Assembly: GCA_965261645.1 (NCBI GenBank)
Contig: CBDHDJ010000004.1
Coordinates: forward strand, 2,040,752-2,104,751
Direction: 5' to 3'
Length of the DNA: 64,000 nucleotides
Source: Alphaproteobacteria bacterium
GTDB taxonomy: Bacteria > Pseudomonadota > Alphaproteobacteria > SHVV01
The position numbers were made by a program, and so were the translations under genes. The notes under the pieces are model-generated. The model saw only the letters and a program-made list of their open reading frames with translations. It did not search any database and was not told where the DNA came from. Of this stretch, positions 47,516-56,085 are shown piece after piece. Position 1 is the first letter of the stretch. Each line of letters begins with the position of its first letter.

Positions 47516-47577
47516 CCGAAGGAATCACAGAATCATGTCACAACTGCAAATGCGAGGACTTTTTCAGCAGCCTGCTA

Positions 47578-48629
47578 GAGCGTTTTCCTATCATTTGCGG
47601 TCATAGCCGGCAGCAGCGAAGTAGTTTTCGCATTCCGTTGGTGTGAAGGTGTCGATGCCTTGGGCGATGGCGTCCCAGAGGTCATCGACGGTTCGGGCGG
47701 CGGTCTTTTTGAGGAAAGCCTTGAGCTTGGAGAAGGCCATTTCAATGGGGTTAAAGTCAGGGCTGTAGGGCGGCAGGAAGCGCAACTCTGCCGCGGCGAC
47801 TTCGATGGCCGTGCGCACGGCGATGGGTTTGTGGGCGGGTAAGTTATCCATCACCACGATATCGCCGGGTTTGAGCGTCGGGACCAAGACCTGCTCCACA
47901 TAAGCGAGGAAGGCGGCACCATGCATGGCACCGTCGAGCACCATGGGCGCGGTCATGCCTTCAAGGCGGAGCGCGCCAACGAAGGTCGTCGTCTTCCAGT
48001 GTCCATGAGGCACCGGTGCTTGGCAACGCTCGCCCCGTGGCGCCCGGCCGTAACGCCGGCCATCTTGGTCGAAGCGCCGGTCTCGTCAATGAACACCAGC
48101 CGCTCGGGCTTCAGATCGGGTTGGGCGTCGAACCAGGCCTGCCGGCGGCGCAGGACGTCAGCTCGCTGTTGCTCGCAGGCGTGCGCGGTTTTTTTTGAAC
48201 GTCATGCCGTGCCGGTCGAGCAGCCGCCAGACCGTGCTTTGGGCCACCGTCAAGCCATGCCCCGCGTCCAGGTGTGCCGCGATCTCGCCCAAGGTGATGT
48301 CCGGCGTCTCGTCAACCAGCGCCAGGATTTCCTCGGCATGGGCCTCGATCCGGTGCGAGCGGTGGTCACCGCCTTGCGGCCTAGGCCCGACATCGCCCGT
48401 CCGCCGCCACCGATTCACCCATTTGATCGCCGTCGAGGCCGCAACCCCGAAGCGGCGCGCCGCCGAGCGCCGCGACAGGCCGCTGTCAACCGCCGATACA
48501 AGCCGTTCTCGAAGATCATTGGAAAGAGGTTTCGTCATGCAGGCTGGCCTCCTCCACCAGCCCACATCTTGAATCAGAAATTCGATCCCATGGGAATCCC
48601 AAAAAGAATCCGTCAGCTCAGAAAATGCT
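47578..48629 (-). mobile_element. IS630-family insertion sequence (~1.05 kb), apparently defective, flanked by TA
   Basis: The ends are GAGCGTTTTC (47578...) and GAGCATTTTC (reverse complement of ...48629). TA lies at 47576-47577 and 48630-48631, which is the TA target duplication typical of IS630/Tc1. Confidence 0.65.
47591..48538 (-). pseudogene. IS630-family transposase with two compensating frameshifts
   Basis: The N-terminal part (MTKPLSNDLRERLV...TFKK) and the C-terminal DDE part ([25 protein letters not shown]...DNLPAHK...[10 protein letters not shown]) are in the same frame. The ~130 nt between them ([45 protein letters not shown]) reads in another frame. Lesions are at the run of 8 A (48189-48196) and near 48055-48062. 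Confidence 0.65.
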
Positions 48630-48692
48630 CTAGCAGGCTGCTGAAAAAGTCCTCGCATTTGCAGTTGTGACATGATTCTGTGATTCCTTCGG

Positions 48693-49829
48693 GTGATGGA
48701 GGATGGCATGCGGGGTCGAGATCAAAGCAGTGGCAATTTATTCAGCTACGTAGACCTGGAAGAGCGTGTTCCGGATGATCATCCGCTGCGTCTGATCCGT
48801 GAGATCGTGAACGACGTATTGGGGTCTCTATCTTCGGAGTTCGAGACGCTTTATTCCCACATGGGTCGCCCATCGATCCCGCCGGAGAAGCTTCTTCGAG
48901 CGTTACTGTTGCAGGTGTTTTATTCGATCCGCTCGGAGCGTCAGCTGATGGAGCAGCTAAACTTCAACATGCTGTTTCGCTGGTTTGTGGGGCTTGGGCT
49001 GGACGATGGCGTGTGGGACGCCAGCGCGTTCTGCCACAACCGGGACCGTCTTCTGGAGGCGGAGGTTTCGGCGCAGCTGCTTGCGGGGGTTATCCAGCAC
49101 CACAAGGTACGGGGACTATTGAGCCGGGATCATTTTTCGGTAGACGGAACATTGATCGAGGCCTGGGCGTCGATGAAGAGCTTTCGTCCCAAAGGTGAGG
49201 ACGATGGCGACGGGGGATCGGGGCGCAACGCCGAGCGGGATTTTCATGGCGAGAAACGCTCGAACGCGACCCATGCAAGCACCACTGATCCGGACGCCCG
49301 GCTTTATCGCAAGGGTAATGGCCGGGAAAGCAAGCTGTGTTACATGGGCCATGCGCTGACGGAGAACCGCCATGGTCTGGCAGTCGGCGGCGGCGTGACC
49401 ATTGCGTCGGGCACGGCGGAACGCGAAGCCGCCCTTGATCTGATCGACAGGCATCGCCCGGTGGAGAGTAGAGGCGGCCCGCGTCGGATCACGGTGGGCG
49501 GGGACAAGGGTTTTGACGTCGCGGATTTTGTCGAGGAACTGCGGCACCGCAAGGTGACCCCCCATATCGCCGTCCAGGACCACGTCACCAAGACCGGCAA
49601 GCGGCGCAAGACCAAGATAGACGGGCGCACGACGCGCCATCCCGGTTACGGCGTCAGCCAACGTTGCCGTAAGCGCATCGAGGAGGTCTTCGGCTGGGTC
49701 AAGACGAGCGCGGGATTGAGCAAGACCAAATTCCGGGGCCGCCACCGGGTCGACGCTTCGTTCACCCTGGCCTTGGCCGCCTACAACCTCGTCCGACTAC
49801 CCAGACTGCTGGCGGAGGCGCCAACATGA
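48693..49829 (+). CDS. IS5-family DDE transposase (378 aa), copy B
   Basis: The translation is identical to copy A. It uses a GTG start at 48693. Confidence 0.85.
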   Translation: MMEDGMRGRDQSSGNLFSYVDLEERVPDDHPLRLIREIVNDVLGSLSSEFETLYSHMGRPSIPPEKLLRALLLQVFYSIRSERQLMEQLNFNMLFRWFVGLGLDDGVWDASAFCHNRDRLLEAEVSAQLLAGVIQHHKVRGLLSRDHFSVDGTLIEAWASMKSFRPKGEDDGDGGSGRNAERDFHGEKRSNATHASTTDPDARLYRKGNGRESKLCYMGHALTENRHGLAVGGGVTIASGTAEREAALDLIDRHRPVESRGGPRRITVGGDKGFDVADFVEELRHRKVTPHIAVQDHVTKTGKRRKTKIDGRTTRHPGYGVSQRCRKRIEEVFGWVKTSAGLSKTKFRGRHRVDASFTLALAAYNLVRLPRLLAEAPT

Positions 49830-49987
49830 CGGGCGATGCCGGCACGCCGCTGACCGCAAAGTGGCAGATCATCGAACTGGATGAAGCCCAGGGCATCGGA
49901 TCGGTCGAGATTGAAGACGGTTTCACCCTAAGACACGAAATCTCATTTCATTTCGGCGATGAATCCGAGTTCAAGGCCCGGCAATGA
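49826..49987 (+). CDS. IS-borne small ORF (53 aa) overlapping the transposase stop (ATGA), copy B
   Basis: It has the same sequence as 46221..46382. The ATG at 49826 overlaps the TGA at 49827-49829. Confidence 0.3.
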   Translation: MTGDAGTPLTAKWQIIELDEAQGIGSVEIEDGFTLRHEISFHFGDESEFKARQ

Positions 49988-50006
49988 TGACTTGTTCAGC
50001 AGCCTG

Positions 50007-51032
50007 CTAGTCTACTCTGAGCTGCCCCATATATTGCAGCCGCACCTGGTCGACCACGATGGCGAGGATCAATACGCTGCCGAGTACGATCTGTTGAACG
50101 TAGCTCTCGACCCGGATGAGGTTCATGCCGTTGGTCAACAGCGTGATGAAGAAGGCGCCCAGGATGACGTTGCCGACGCGTCCGATACCACCGAACAGCG
50201 ATACGCCGCCGATCACGCAGGCCGCGACCGACTGCAGCACGAGCGGCTGACCGAGGGTCGATTCGCCGGTGCCCGTCCGCGCCATCAGCAAGAGGCCGCA
50301 ACAGGACGCGAGAAAGCCGCAAATGATGTAGGCGAAGAAGATGTGCTTGCGCGTATTCACACCCGAGAGCCGGGCCGCCCGCCGGTTGCTGCCGATGGCG
50401 TAGAAGTAGCGCCCCACCCGCGTCCAGTTGAGGATGAAATAGAGGGCCAAGAATAGTCCCCCTGTATAGTACAGCGGCGCCGGTATGCCGACTATTCGGC
50501 CGTAGCCGAAGACCAGGCTGTAGCCATCCGGAATACCGTAGATCGGCACGCCGCCGCTAATCGTGAGCGCCACACCGAACACCACCGACAACATGCCGAG
50601 GGTCATCATGAAAGGCGGCACGTTGAGGATGGCGACACCAAATCCGTTGATGGTGCCGACGATGACGCCGACACCCAGTCCCGCGAGCATGCCGATAACG
50701 ATCGCGAACATGATCGCGTCCGGCGATCCCCCGAGGATGCTCGCCATGACCATGGCAGCGGTGACGCTGGTGAGCGCGATGCACGAGCCCAGCGAGAGGT
50801 CGAATCCCGCGGTCAGCAGCACCGTCATTTGGCCCATCGAGACGATCGCCAGATAAGTCGTCTGGCGCACCACGTTGAACAGGTTCTGCCCACCGAGGAA
50901 ACGGTGCTCCAAAGAGCCAAAAAATATTAGTGCGAAAACCAGCAGCACGGGCAGGATGCCCATGCTGATGAAGATTGCGCGGGCGGCATTGACGATCGGG
51001 TTGGCGGAGGTTTTTTCTGTAACGTCTGTCAT
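50007..51032 (-). CDS. Carbohydrate-type (RbsC/AraH-like) ABC transporter permease
   Basis: 341 aa, polytopic, with the BPD_transp_2-like pattern (TAGFDLSLGS..., RTGTGES...). The stop TAG is the reverse complement of 50007-50009, inside the flanking CTAG. Confidence 0.75.
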   Translation of the reverse strand: MTDVTEKTSANPIVNAARAIFISMGILPVLLVFALIFFGSLEHRFLGGQNLFNVVRQTTYLAIVSMGQMTVLLTAGFDLSLGSCIALTSVTAAMVMASILGGSPDAIMFAIVIGMLAGLGVGVIVGTINGFGVAILNVPPFMMTLGMLSVVFGVALTISGGVPIYGIPDGYSLVFGYGRIVGIPAPLYYTGGLFLALYFILNWTRVGRYFYAIGSNRRAARLSGVNTRKHIFFAYIICGFLASCCGLLLMARTGTGESTLGQPLVLQSVAACVIGGVSLFGGIGRVGNVILGAFFITLLTNGMNLIRVESYVQQIVLGSVLILAIVVDQVRLQYMGQLRVD

Positions 51033-51057
51033 TGTTGTATTCCGTTAGATTCCCTCT

Positions 51058-52680
51058 TTAACTGCGTTTCGCCGCAACGCTCGAACTTTCCACACCCTCG
51101 GCGAAGAAAGCGTTCAAGAGATTCTCTTCGGTGATCTCGTCGCCCTCGAAATGGGCGCGCACGGCACCGTTGTGGATGACGTACACCCGGTTCGTCAGGT
51201 TGAGTATCTCGGGCAACTCGGAGCTGATGAGAACGACCGCCACACCTTGCTTCACGAGGTCCTTGAGAAACTCATAGACCTCTGTCTTGGCGCGGACATC
51301 GACACCGATTGTCGGCTCATCGAGGAGGAAAACCTTGGTCTCGCGGGCGATGCATTTGGCGAGCAGGATCTTCTGCTGGTTGCCGCCGGAGTACGTGTTG
51401 ACGTCCTTCTCCATCGCCAGCGGCGTCACGCGCATGCGCTCGGCCAGTTTATAGGTGATGGTGCGCTCGGCGGCGCGGTGAAGCACGCCCAACGACGACA
51501 AGGTCGGAAGATCGAGGGCGGCCAGCGAAACATTCTCGCGCGTCGGTCGGTCCACCATCAGGCCCTCCGTGCGGCGATCCGGCGGCACGTAACACATGCC
51601 GCGGGCGAGATTGGCGCCAGCGCTGAGGCGGCTCAATCGCTCGCCCATGAACTCGATCGTCCCCTGTTCGATGGGCTCGATCCCGAAGCAGGCACGCCCG
51701 ATCTCCGATTTGCCACAGCCGACCAGGCCGGCCAGACCGACGATCTCGCCACCGCGCACCTCGATCGAAACGTCCGTGACGCGATGATCGCGCGTCGTAA
51801 GGTCTTTGACGGCGAGACGGACATCGCCGGGCTGATGGGTGATATCAGGGAAGAAATCGCCGACCGGGCGGCCCGTCATGAGCTCGACAAGCTGTTGCTG
51901 ACTGGCTGACTTCGCTCCGACGGTATCGATGTATTTGCCGTCGCGCAGCACGGTGACCCGGTCGCCGACCTCCTGGATTTCGGCGACGCGGTGCGTGATG
52001 TAGATGATGGCGACGCCTTCCTTCTGCAGCAACGCGATGAGTTCGAACAGCTGGTTCACCTCGCGCTCGGTGAGCGAGGAGGTCGGCTCGTCGAGAATGA
52101 GGATCTTCGGGTTGGTGAGCATCGCCTTGGCGATCTCGGTCATCTGCTGCTGGGCACGGGACAAGCTCGACACGAGCGCCCTCGAGGGAATGTCGAAGCC
52201 CAGGCGCTCGACGATTTCTTTCGCCTTGGCGCGCGCCGTGCCCTTGTCGAGGATCAGGCCGGCCATGGGCTCGGCGCCGAGGAAGATGTTCTGCTCGACG
52301 GTCAGATCCGGCGCCAGGCTGAATTCCTGGAACACCGCCGCGATCCCCTGGTTACGCGCGTCGTGAACCGATTCGAGCTGAACCTGCCGGCCGTTCAGCG
52401 TGATGCTGCCCTCGTCGGGATGGACCGCGCCGGCCAGAATGTTGATCAGCGTGGACTTGCCGGCGCCATTCTCGCCGAACAGGACATGGACTTCGCCCTG
52501 ATCCAACTCGAAGTCGACAAAGTCGAGCGCGCGTACGCCGCCGAAGTTCTTGCAGATGCCGTGCAACCGCAACAACTCATCGCTGCTGGCGCTGCCAGCT
52601 TCCACGGTCGCGGTCGGTGGCGCGCCTGCCGCAGGCGTCGCTTTAGGGCGCTGTGCGCCATGATCGGTAGTGTCTGACAT
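51058..52680 (-). CDS. Sugar-type ABC transporter ATP-binding protein with duplicated ATPase domains (RbsA-like)
   Basis: There are two Walker A motifs (GENGAGKST; GLVGCGKSE) and signature motifs LSRAQQQM / YSGGNQQK. Confidence 0.8.
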   Translation of the reverse strand: MSDTTDHGAQRPKATPAAGAPPTATVEAGSASSDELLRLHGICKNFGGVRALDFVDFELDQGEVHVLFGENGAGKSTLINILAGAVHPDEGSITLNGRQVQLESVHDARNQGIAAVFQEFSLAPDLTVEQNIFLGAEPMAGLILDKGTARAKAKEIVERLGFDIPSRALVSSLSRAQQQMTEIAKAMLTNPKILILDEPTSSLTEREVNQLFELIALLQKEGVAIIYITHRVAEIQEVGDRVTVLRDGKYIDTVGAKSASQQQLVELMTGRPVGDFFPDITHQPGDVRLAVKDLTTRDHRVTDVSIEVRGGEIVGLAGLVGCGKSEIGRACFGIEPIEQGTIEFMGERLSRLSAGANLARGMCYVPPDRRTEGLMVDRPTRENVSLAALDLPTLSSLGVLHRAAERTITYKLAERMRVTPLAMEKDVNTYSGGNQQKILLAKCIARETKVFLLDEPTIGVDVRAKTEVYEFLKDLVKQGVAVVLISSELPEILNLTNRVYVIHNGAVRAHFEGDEITEENLLNAFFAEGVESSSVAAKRS

Positions 52681-52877
52681 ATCAGTCGGATCGAACCTTC
52701 AGTTGTGTGGGAACACGAAACTTATTAGTGGAGCGCCCTCATGGAGACGGGCTCCGATCCTCCCTCTGGAACACGCGGCGCGAACGCCTACTCAATACCC
52801 CGGCGGTTGTTTTCGGCTTTGTTATCAACTCCGGCCCTGAAAATTCAATAGTGGGAGACGGAATGTTGGCGCGGTCG

Positions 52878-53279
52878 TCAACCGCCAGCGCCCTTGAATC
52901 CGATGGCGTCGATCTCGACGAGGAGCTCGGCGCGGGCGAGCGTCGTGTTGCCGAGAGCCACCGCGCAGGGGAAATCGCCAGTGAAGAACTTCTTACGGGC
53001 CTCGACCATGGCCGGGCGATAACGCATGTCTGTAAGATAGATCGTCAACTTCACAATGTCGTCCATCTTCGCCCCGATCGCTTCCACCATGTGCTGGATG
53101 TTGCGGAAGGTCTGCATCGCTTGCTCGGAGGGGTCGAAACCGCCGAGGACGGTGCCGTCCGGTTCGGTTGAGACCATGCCGGCGATGACGAACTGATCGC
53201 CGAAAACAAACGCGTTCGACCACATGCCCGGGGGCTGCTCGCGGACCTTGGGCGATTTCACGCGGACGTTCTTGGCCAT
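52878..53279 (-). CDS. Single-domain RidA/YjgF/L-PSP family protein (133 aa)
   Basis: ATG 53279 follows GGGAGG. GDQFVIAGMVS...PSEQAMQTFRNIQHMVEAIGAKMDDIVKLTIYL...LVEIDAIGFK shows the RidA fold pattern. Confidence 0.7.
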   Translation of the reverse strand: MAKNVRVKSPKVREQPPGMWSNAFVFGDQFVIAGMVSTEPDGTVLGGFDPSEQAMQTFRNIQHMVEAIGAKMDDIVKLTIYLTDMRYRPAMVEARKKFFTGDFPCAVALGNTTLARAELLVEIDAIGFKGAGG

Positions 53280-53391
53280 CCCTAACCTCCCTGTCGTACC
53301 CTGCGATGACATCAGGCCATGCTCTTCGCCACCGCCGCGACGCCAGTTTAGGGCCTAAAGATCGCGAATCATACGGGCTTATTTTGCGCGT

Positions 53392-55749
53392 TCAGCTGGC
53401 CGCCTCTCGAATGGCTTCGAGCACGCGCATCGGTGTCATCGGCATTTCGACATGGCGCACGCCGAGATGCCACAACGCGTCGACTACCGCGTTGGCCACC
53501 GCTGCCGGCGCGCCGATCGCGCCGCTTTCGCCAATCCCCTTGATGCCGAGCGGATTGTCGGGCGCCAGCGTTTCCTGCGTGGCCAGGCGGAACGACGGGA
53601 GATCGCCCGCGCGGGGCAGGGCGTAGTCCATCAAGGTGGCGCTCAGGAATTGCCCGGATTGGGAATCGTAGATGCAGTGCTCCATGAGCGCCTGAGCGAT
53701 ACCCTGCACGGCGCCGCCATGAACCTGACCCTCGACAATCAGGGGATTGACGATGCGGCCGACGTCATCGACAGAGCAAAAATCGCGCGGCCGGATTCTC
53801 CCGGTCTCCGCATCCACGATGACGACGCAAAGGTGCATCGACGATGGATAATTGTAGTCCGGCGGGTCGTAGAACACCGTCTCCTCGAGGCCGAGCTCGA
53901 AGCCGTCCGGGTAGTCGGCGCCGTAATAGGCTGCATTGGCTACCTCGGCGAAGGAGAGCTTGCGATCGGTGCCCTGCACAACGAATTGGCCTTCGCCGTA
54001 ATCGATGTCGCCCGGCGCGCACTCCAAGAGATGCGCGGCAAGCGTGCGGCCCTTCGCGATGATGCGCTCGGTGCCCACCGCCATCGCAGCGCCGTTCACC
54101 GACATGGAGCGCGATCCCCACGTTCCCAGCCCGAACGGAACCCGGTCCGTATCGCCCTCGACGATCTCGATATCGTCAATGTCCAGCCCAAGCCCATCGG
54201 CGGCGACCTGGGCGAATGTCGTGGCATGGGCCTGGCCGTGATTTTGGCTGCCGCAGAACACCGTCACCTTGCCGGTGGGGTGGACCCGCAGATTGGTGAC
54301 ATCCCAGAAGCCGATGCGCCCGCCCTCCTCGTTGATGCGTTTGCTCGGCCCGGCGCCGGCCATGTCCATGAAGCTGCTGACGCCGATTCCCATCAGGGCT
54401 CCGTTACGCCGCTGGCGCGCCTGCTCGGCGCGTAGCGCGTCGTAATCGGCCAATGTTCGCAGCTTGTCCAGCAGGCCGCCCGGGTTGCCCGAATCGTAGG
54501 TAACGCCCGTCGGACTGGTGTAGGGATACTGGTCCGGCTGGATCAGGTTGCGGTCGCGCAGCTCGCAAATATCGATACCCATCTCCCGGGCGCCGTTCTC
54601 GAGCAGGCGCTCGAGCACGTAGAGCGCTTCGGGCCGCCCGGCGCCGCGGTACGCGTCGGTCGGTACGGTGTGGGTGTAAACGCCCAATACGCGGCCGTAG
54701 ACCGCCGGCAGGGTGTACATGCCGGGCAGCATGGAGGCGGAGAACACGGTCGGGATACAGGGTCCGAAGACACTCAGATACGCGCCCATCGATGCGATCG
54801 TATCGGCGCGCAGCGCGAGAATATCGCCGTTCTCGCCGAACGCCATCCGGCATGTGGTGACATGGTCACGGGCATGGGTATCGGTGCTGAGGCTTTCGGC
54901 GCGGGTCGCGGTCCAGCGCACCGGCCGGCCAATCTTCCGGGCGGCCCACAACACGGTCGGCTCCTCCGGGTAGTGGAAGAATTTGGGGCCGAAGCCGCCG
55001 CCCACGTCGGGCGCGACGACGCGGATCTTGTGTTCGGGAACGAGGAGCGATTCCTCAGCCAGCCAGCGGCGCGCCATGTGCGGCCCTTGGGTCGTGGACC
55101 AAAGGGTGTAGTCCTCGTCGGATGAATCGTAGCGCCCGACGACGGCACGGGGCTCGATGTAGCCCGGAGACAGCCGATTGTTGATCAGTTCGAGTTCGGT
55201 GACGTGGTGCGCCGCGGCAAACCCGGCCTCGACGGCAGCTTCGTCGCCGATCTCCCAATCGAAGCATAGATTGGTGCCGAACTCCTCGTGGACGAGCGGC
55301 GCATCCGGATCGATCGCCCGGGCGGTATCGACGACGGCCGGTAATGGCTCGTAATCCACCGCCACGGCCTCGGCCGCATCCAACGCCTGATGGGGCGTCT
55401 CGGCCACCGCCATGGCCACCGTATCGCCGACAAATCGCACGCGATCCGCACTCAGCATGTTCCGCCTCGCCTCGCGCATCGGCGTGCCGTCGCGTGAGGT
55501 GATCTCCCACACCACCGGGGCCTTGCCACGGCCCTCGTCTTCCCAGTCCTGGCCGGTCAGGACTGGGAAGACGCCGGGCATGGCTTTGGCCTTGTCGGTT
55601 GCGAAACCCCTGATTCTCGCGTGCGCGTGCGGGCTCCGCACATAGGCGGCGTACGTCATATCGGGCATCGTCACGTCATCGACGAAGGTGCCCCGGCCAA
55701 CGAGAAACCGGTAGTCTTCACGGCGTTTCAGCGCTTTGCCGATATACAT
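53392..55749 (-). CDS. Xanthine dehydrogenase/CoxL family molybdopterin-binding large subunit (785 aa), closest paralog of 4302..6659
   Basis: MYIGKALKRREDYRFLVGRGTFVDDV, TDAYRGAGRPE and NPLGIKGIGESG are present. It has the same length as the 4302 copy. Confidence 0.8.
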   Translation of the reverse strand: MYIGKALKRREDYRFLVGRGTFVDDVTMPDMTYAAYVRSPHAHARIRGFATDKAKAMPGVFPVLTGQDWEDEGRGKAPVVWEITSRDGTPMREARRNMLSADRVRFVGDTVAMAVAETPHQALDAAEAVAVDYEPLPAVVDTARAIDPDAPLVHEEFGTNLCFDWEIGDEAAVEAGFAAAHHVTELELINNRLSPGYIEPRAVVGRYDSSDEDYTLWSTTQGPHMARRWLAEESLLVPEHKIRVVAPDVGGGFGPKFFHYPEEPTVLWAARKIGRPVRWTATRAESLSTDTHARDHVTTCRMAFGENGDILALRADTIASMGAYLSVFGPCIPTVFSASMLPGMYTLPAVYGRVLGVYTHTVPTDAYRGAGRPEALYVLERLLENGAREMGIDICELRDRNLIQPDQYPYTSPTGVTYDSGNPGGLLDKLRTLADYDALRAEQARQRRNGALMGIGVSSFMDMAGAGPSKRINEEGGRIGFWDVTNLRVHPTGKVTVFCGSQNHGQAHATTFAQVAADGLGLDIDDIEIVEGDTDRVPFGLGTWGSRSMSVNGAAMAVGTERIIAKGRTLAAHLLECAPGDIDYGEGQFVVQGTDRKLSFAEVANAAYYGADYPDGFELGLEETVFYDPPDYNYPSSMHLCVVIVDAETGRIRPRDFCSVDDVGRIVNPLIVEGQVHGGAVQGIAQALMEHCIYDSQSGQFLSATLMDYALPRAGDLPSFRLATQETLAPDNPLGIKGIGESGAIGAPAAVANAVVDALWHLGVRHVEMPMTPMRVLEAIREAAS

Positions 55750-55925
55750 GCAGATCCTCCCCGAACGTGCGGCGCAGCATACGCATGTCGGGACTGTGTC
55801 CGGCCGATTAGGCGTCAGGCGTCAAATTATCGGTGATGACCGCCCCCATTGTGGCACTGACTCTCCCCTGATTCTCGCGCTGGTGCAACCGCCATGACAA
55901 GTATGAAGCGAACGGCAAATCCTTG

Positions 55926-55955
55926 CCTCGGGCGCTCGTTTTTCGCTATGGTGGA
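55926..55955 (+). promoter_or_regulatory. Sigma-70-like promoter candidate for amidohydrolase unit 1 (TTGCCT-18 nt-TATGGT)
   Basis: It has the same architecture and the same relative position as the candidates upstream of units 2-5. Confidence 0.35.
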
Positions 55956-56085
55956 GAAGGTGCCCTTGCTCCGGAACACTTATCGCTGGGATAGGTTCGT
56001 TCGCGCAAGAGCGCGGAAGAAGGCCTATCACTGGGCGTCATTATATTCATCGCAACTTGCATCATCACGTAAGGGAAACGGGACT

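Larger units (their letters stand above)
46202..47574 (-). mobile_element. IS5-family insertion sequence, copy A (~1.37 kb), flanked by CTAG on both sides
   Basis: Terminal inverted repeats are CAGGCTGCTGAAcAAGTC (46202...) and CAGGCTGCTGAAaAAGTC (reverse complement of ...47574). CTAG lies at 46198-46201 and 47575-47578. It is near-identical to copy B; the one difference I found is a 1-nt indel upstream of the transposase start. Confidence 0.8.
48633..50006 (+). mobile_element. IS5-family insertion sequence, copy B, inverted relative to copy A, flanked by CTAG on both sides
   Basis: CTAG lies at 48629-48632 and at 50007-50010. The terminal repeats are the same as in copy A. Confidence 0.8.

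Noticed and set aside
10397-48538. Treating all frameshifts as sequencing errors and annotating the affected genes as intact.
   Set aside because: This is not excluded, since several lesions lie in homopolymers. I did not adopt it because lesions cluster at 2-3 per affected gene, none occurs in about 46 kb of other coding sequence, and one lesion is a substitution to TAG. The genes are reported as pseudogenes pending read-level verification.
46198-50010. A composite transposon, or an IS-mediated deletion that removed the ABC binding-protein gene.
   Set aside because: The two IS5-like copies enclose only an IS630. In-silico excision restores two complete convergent genes that share a CTAG, so nested insertion without loss of flanking DNA is the simpler explanation.
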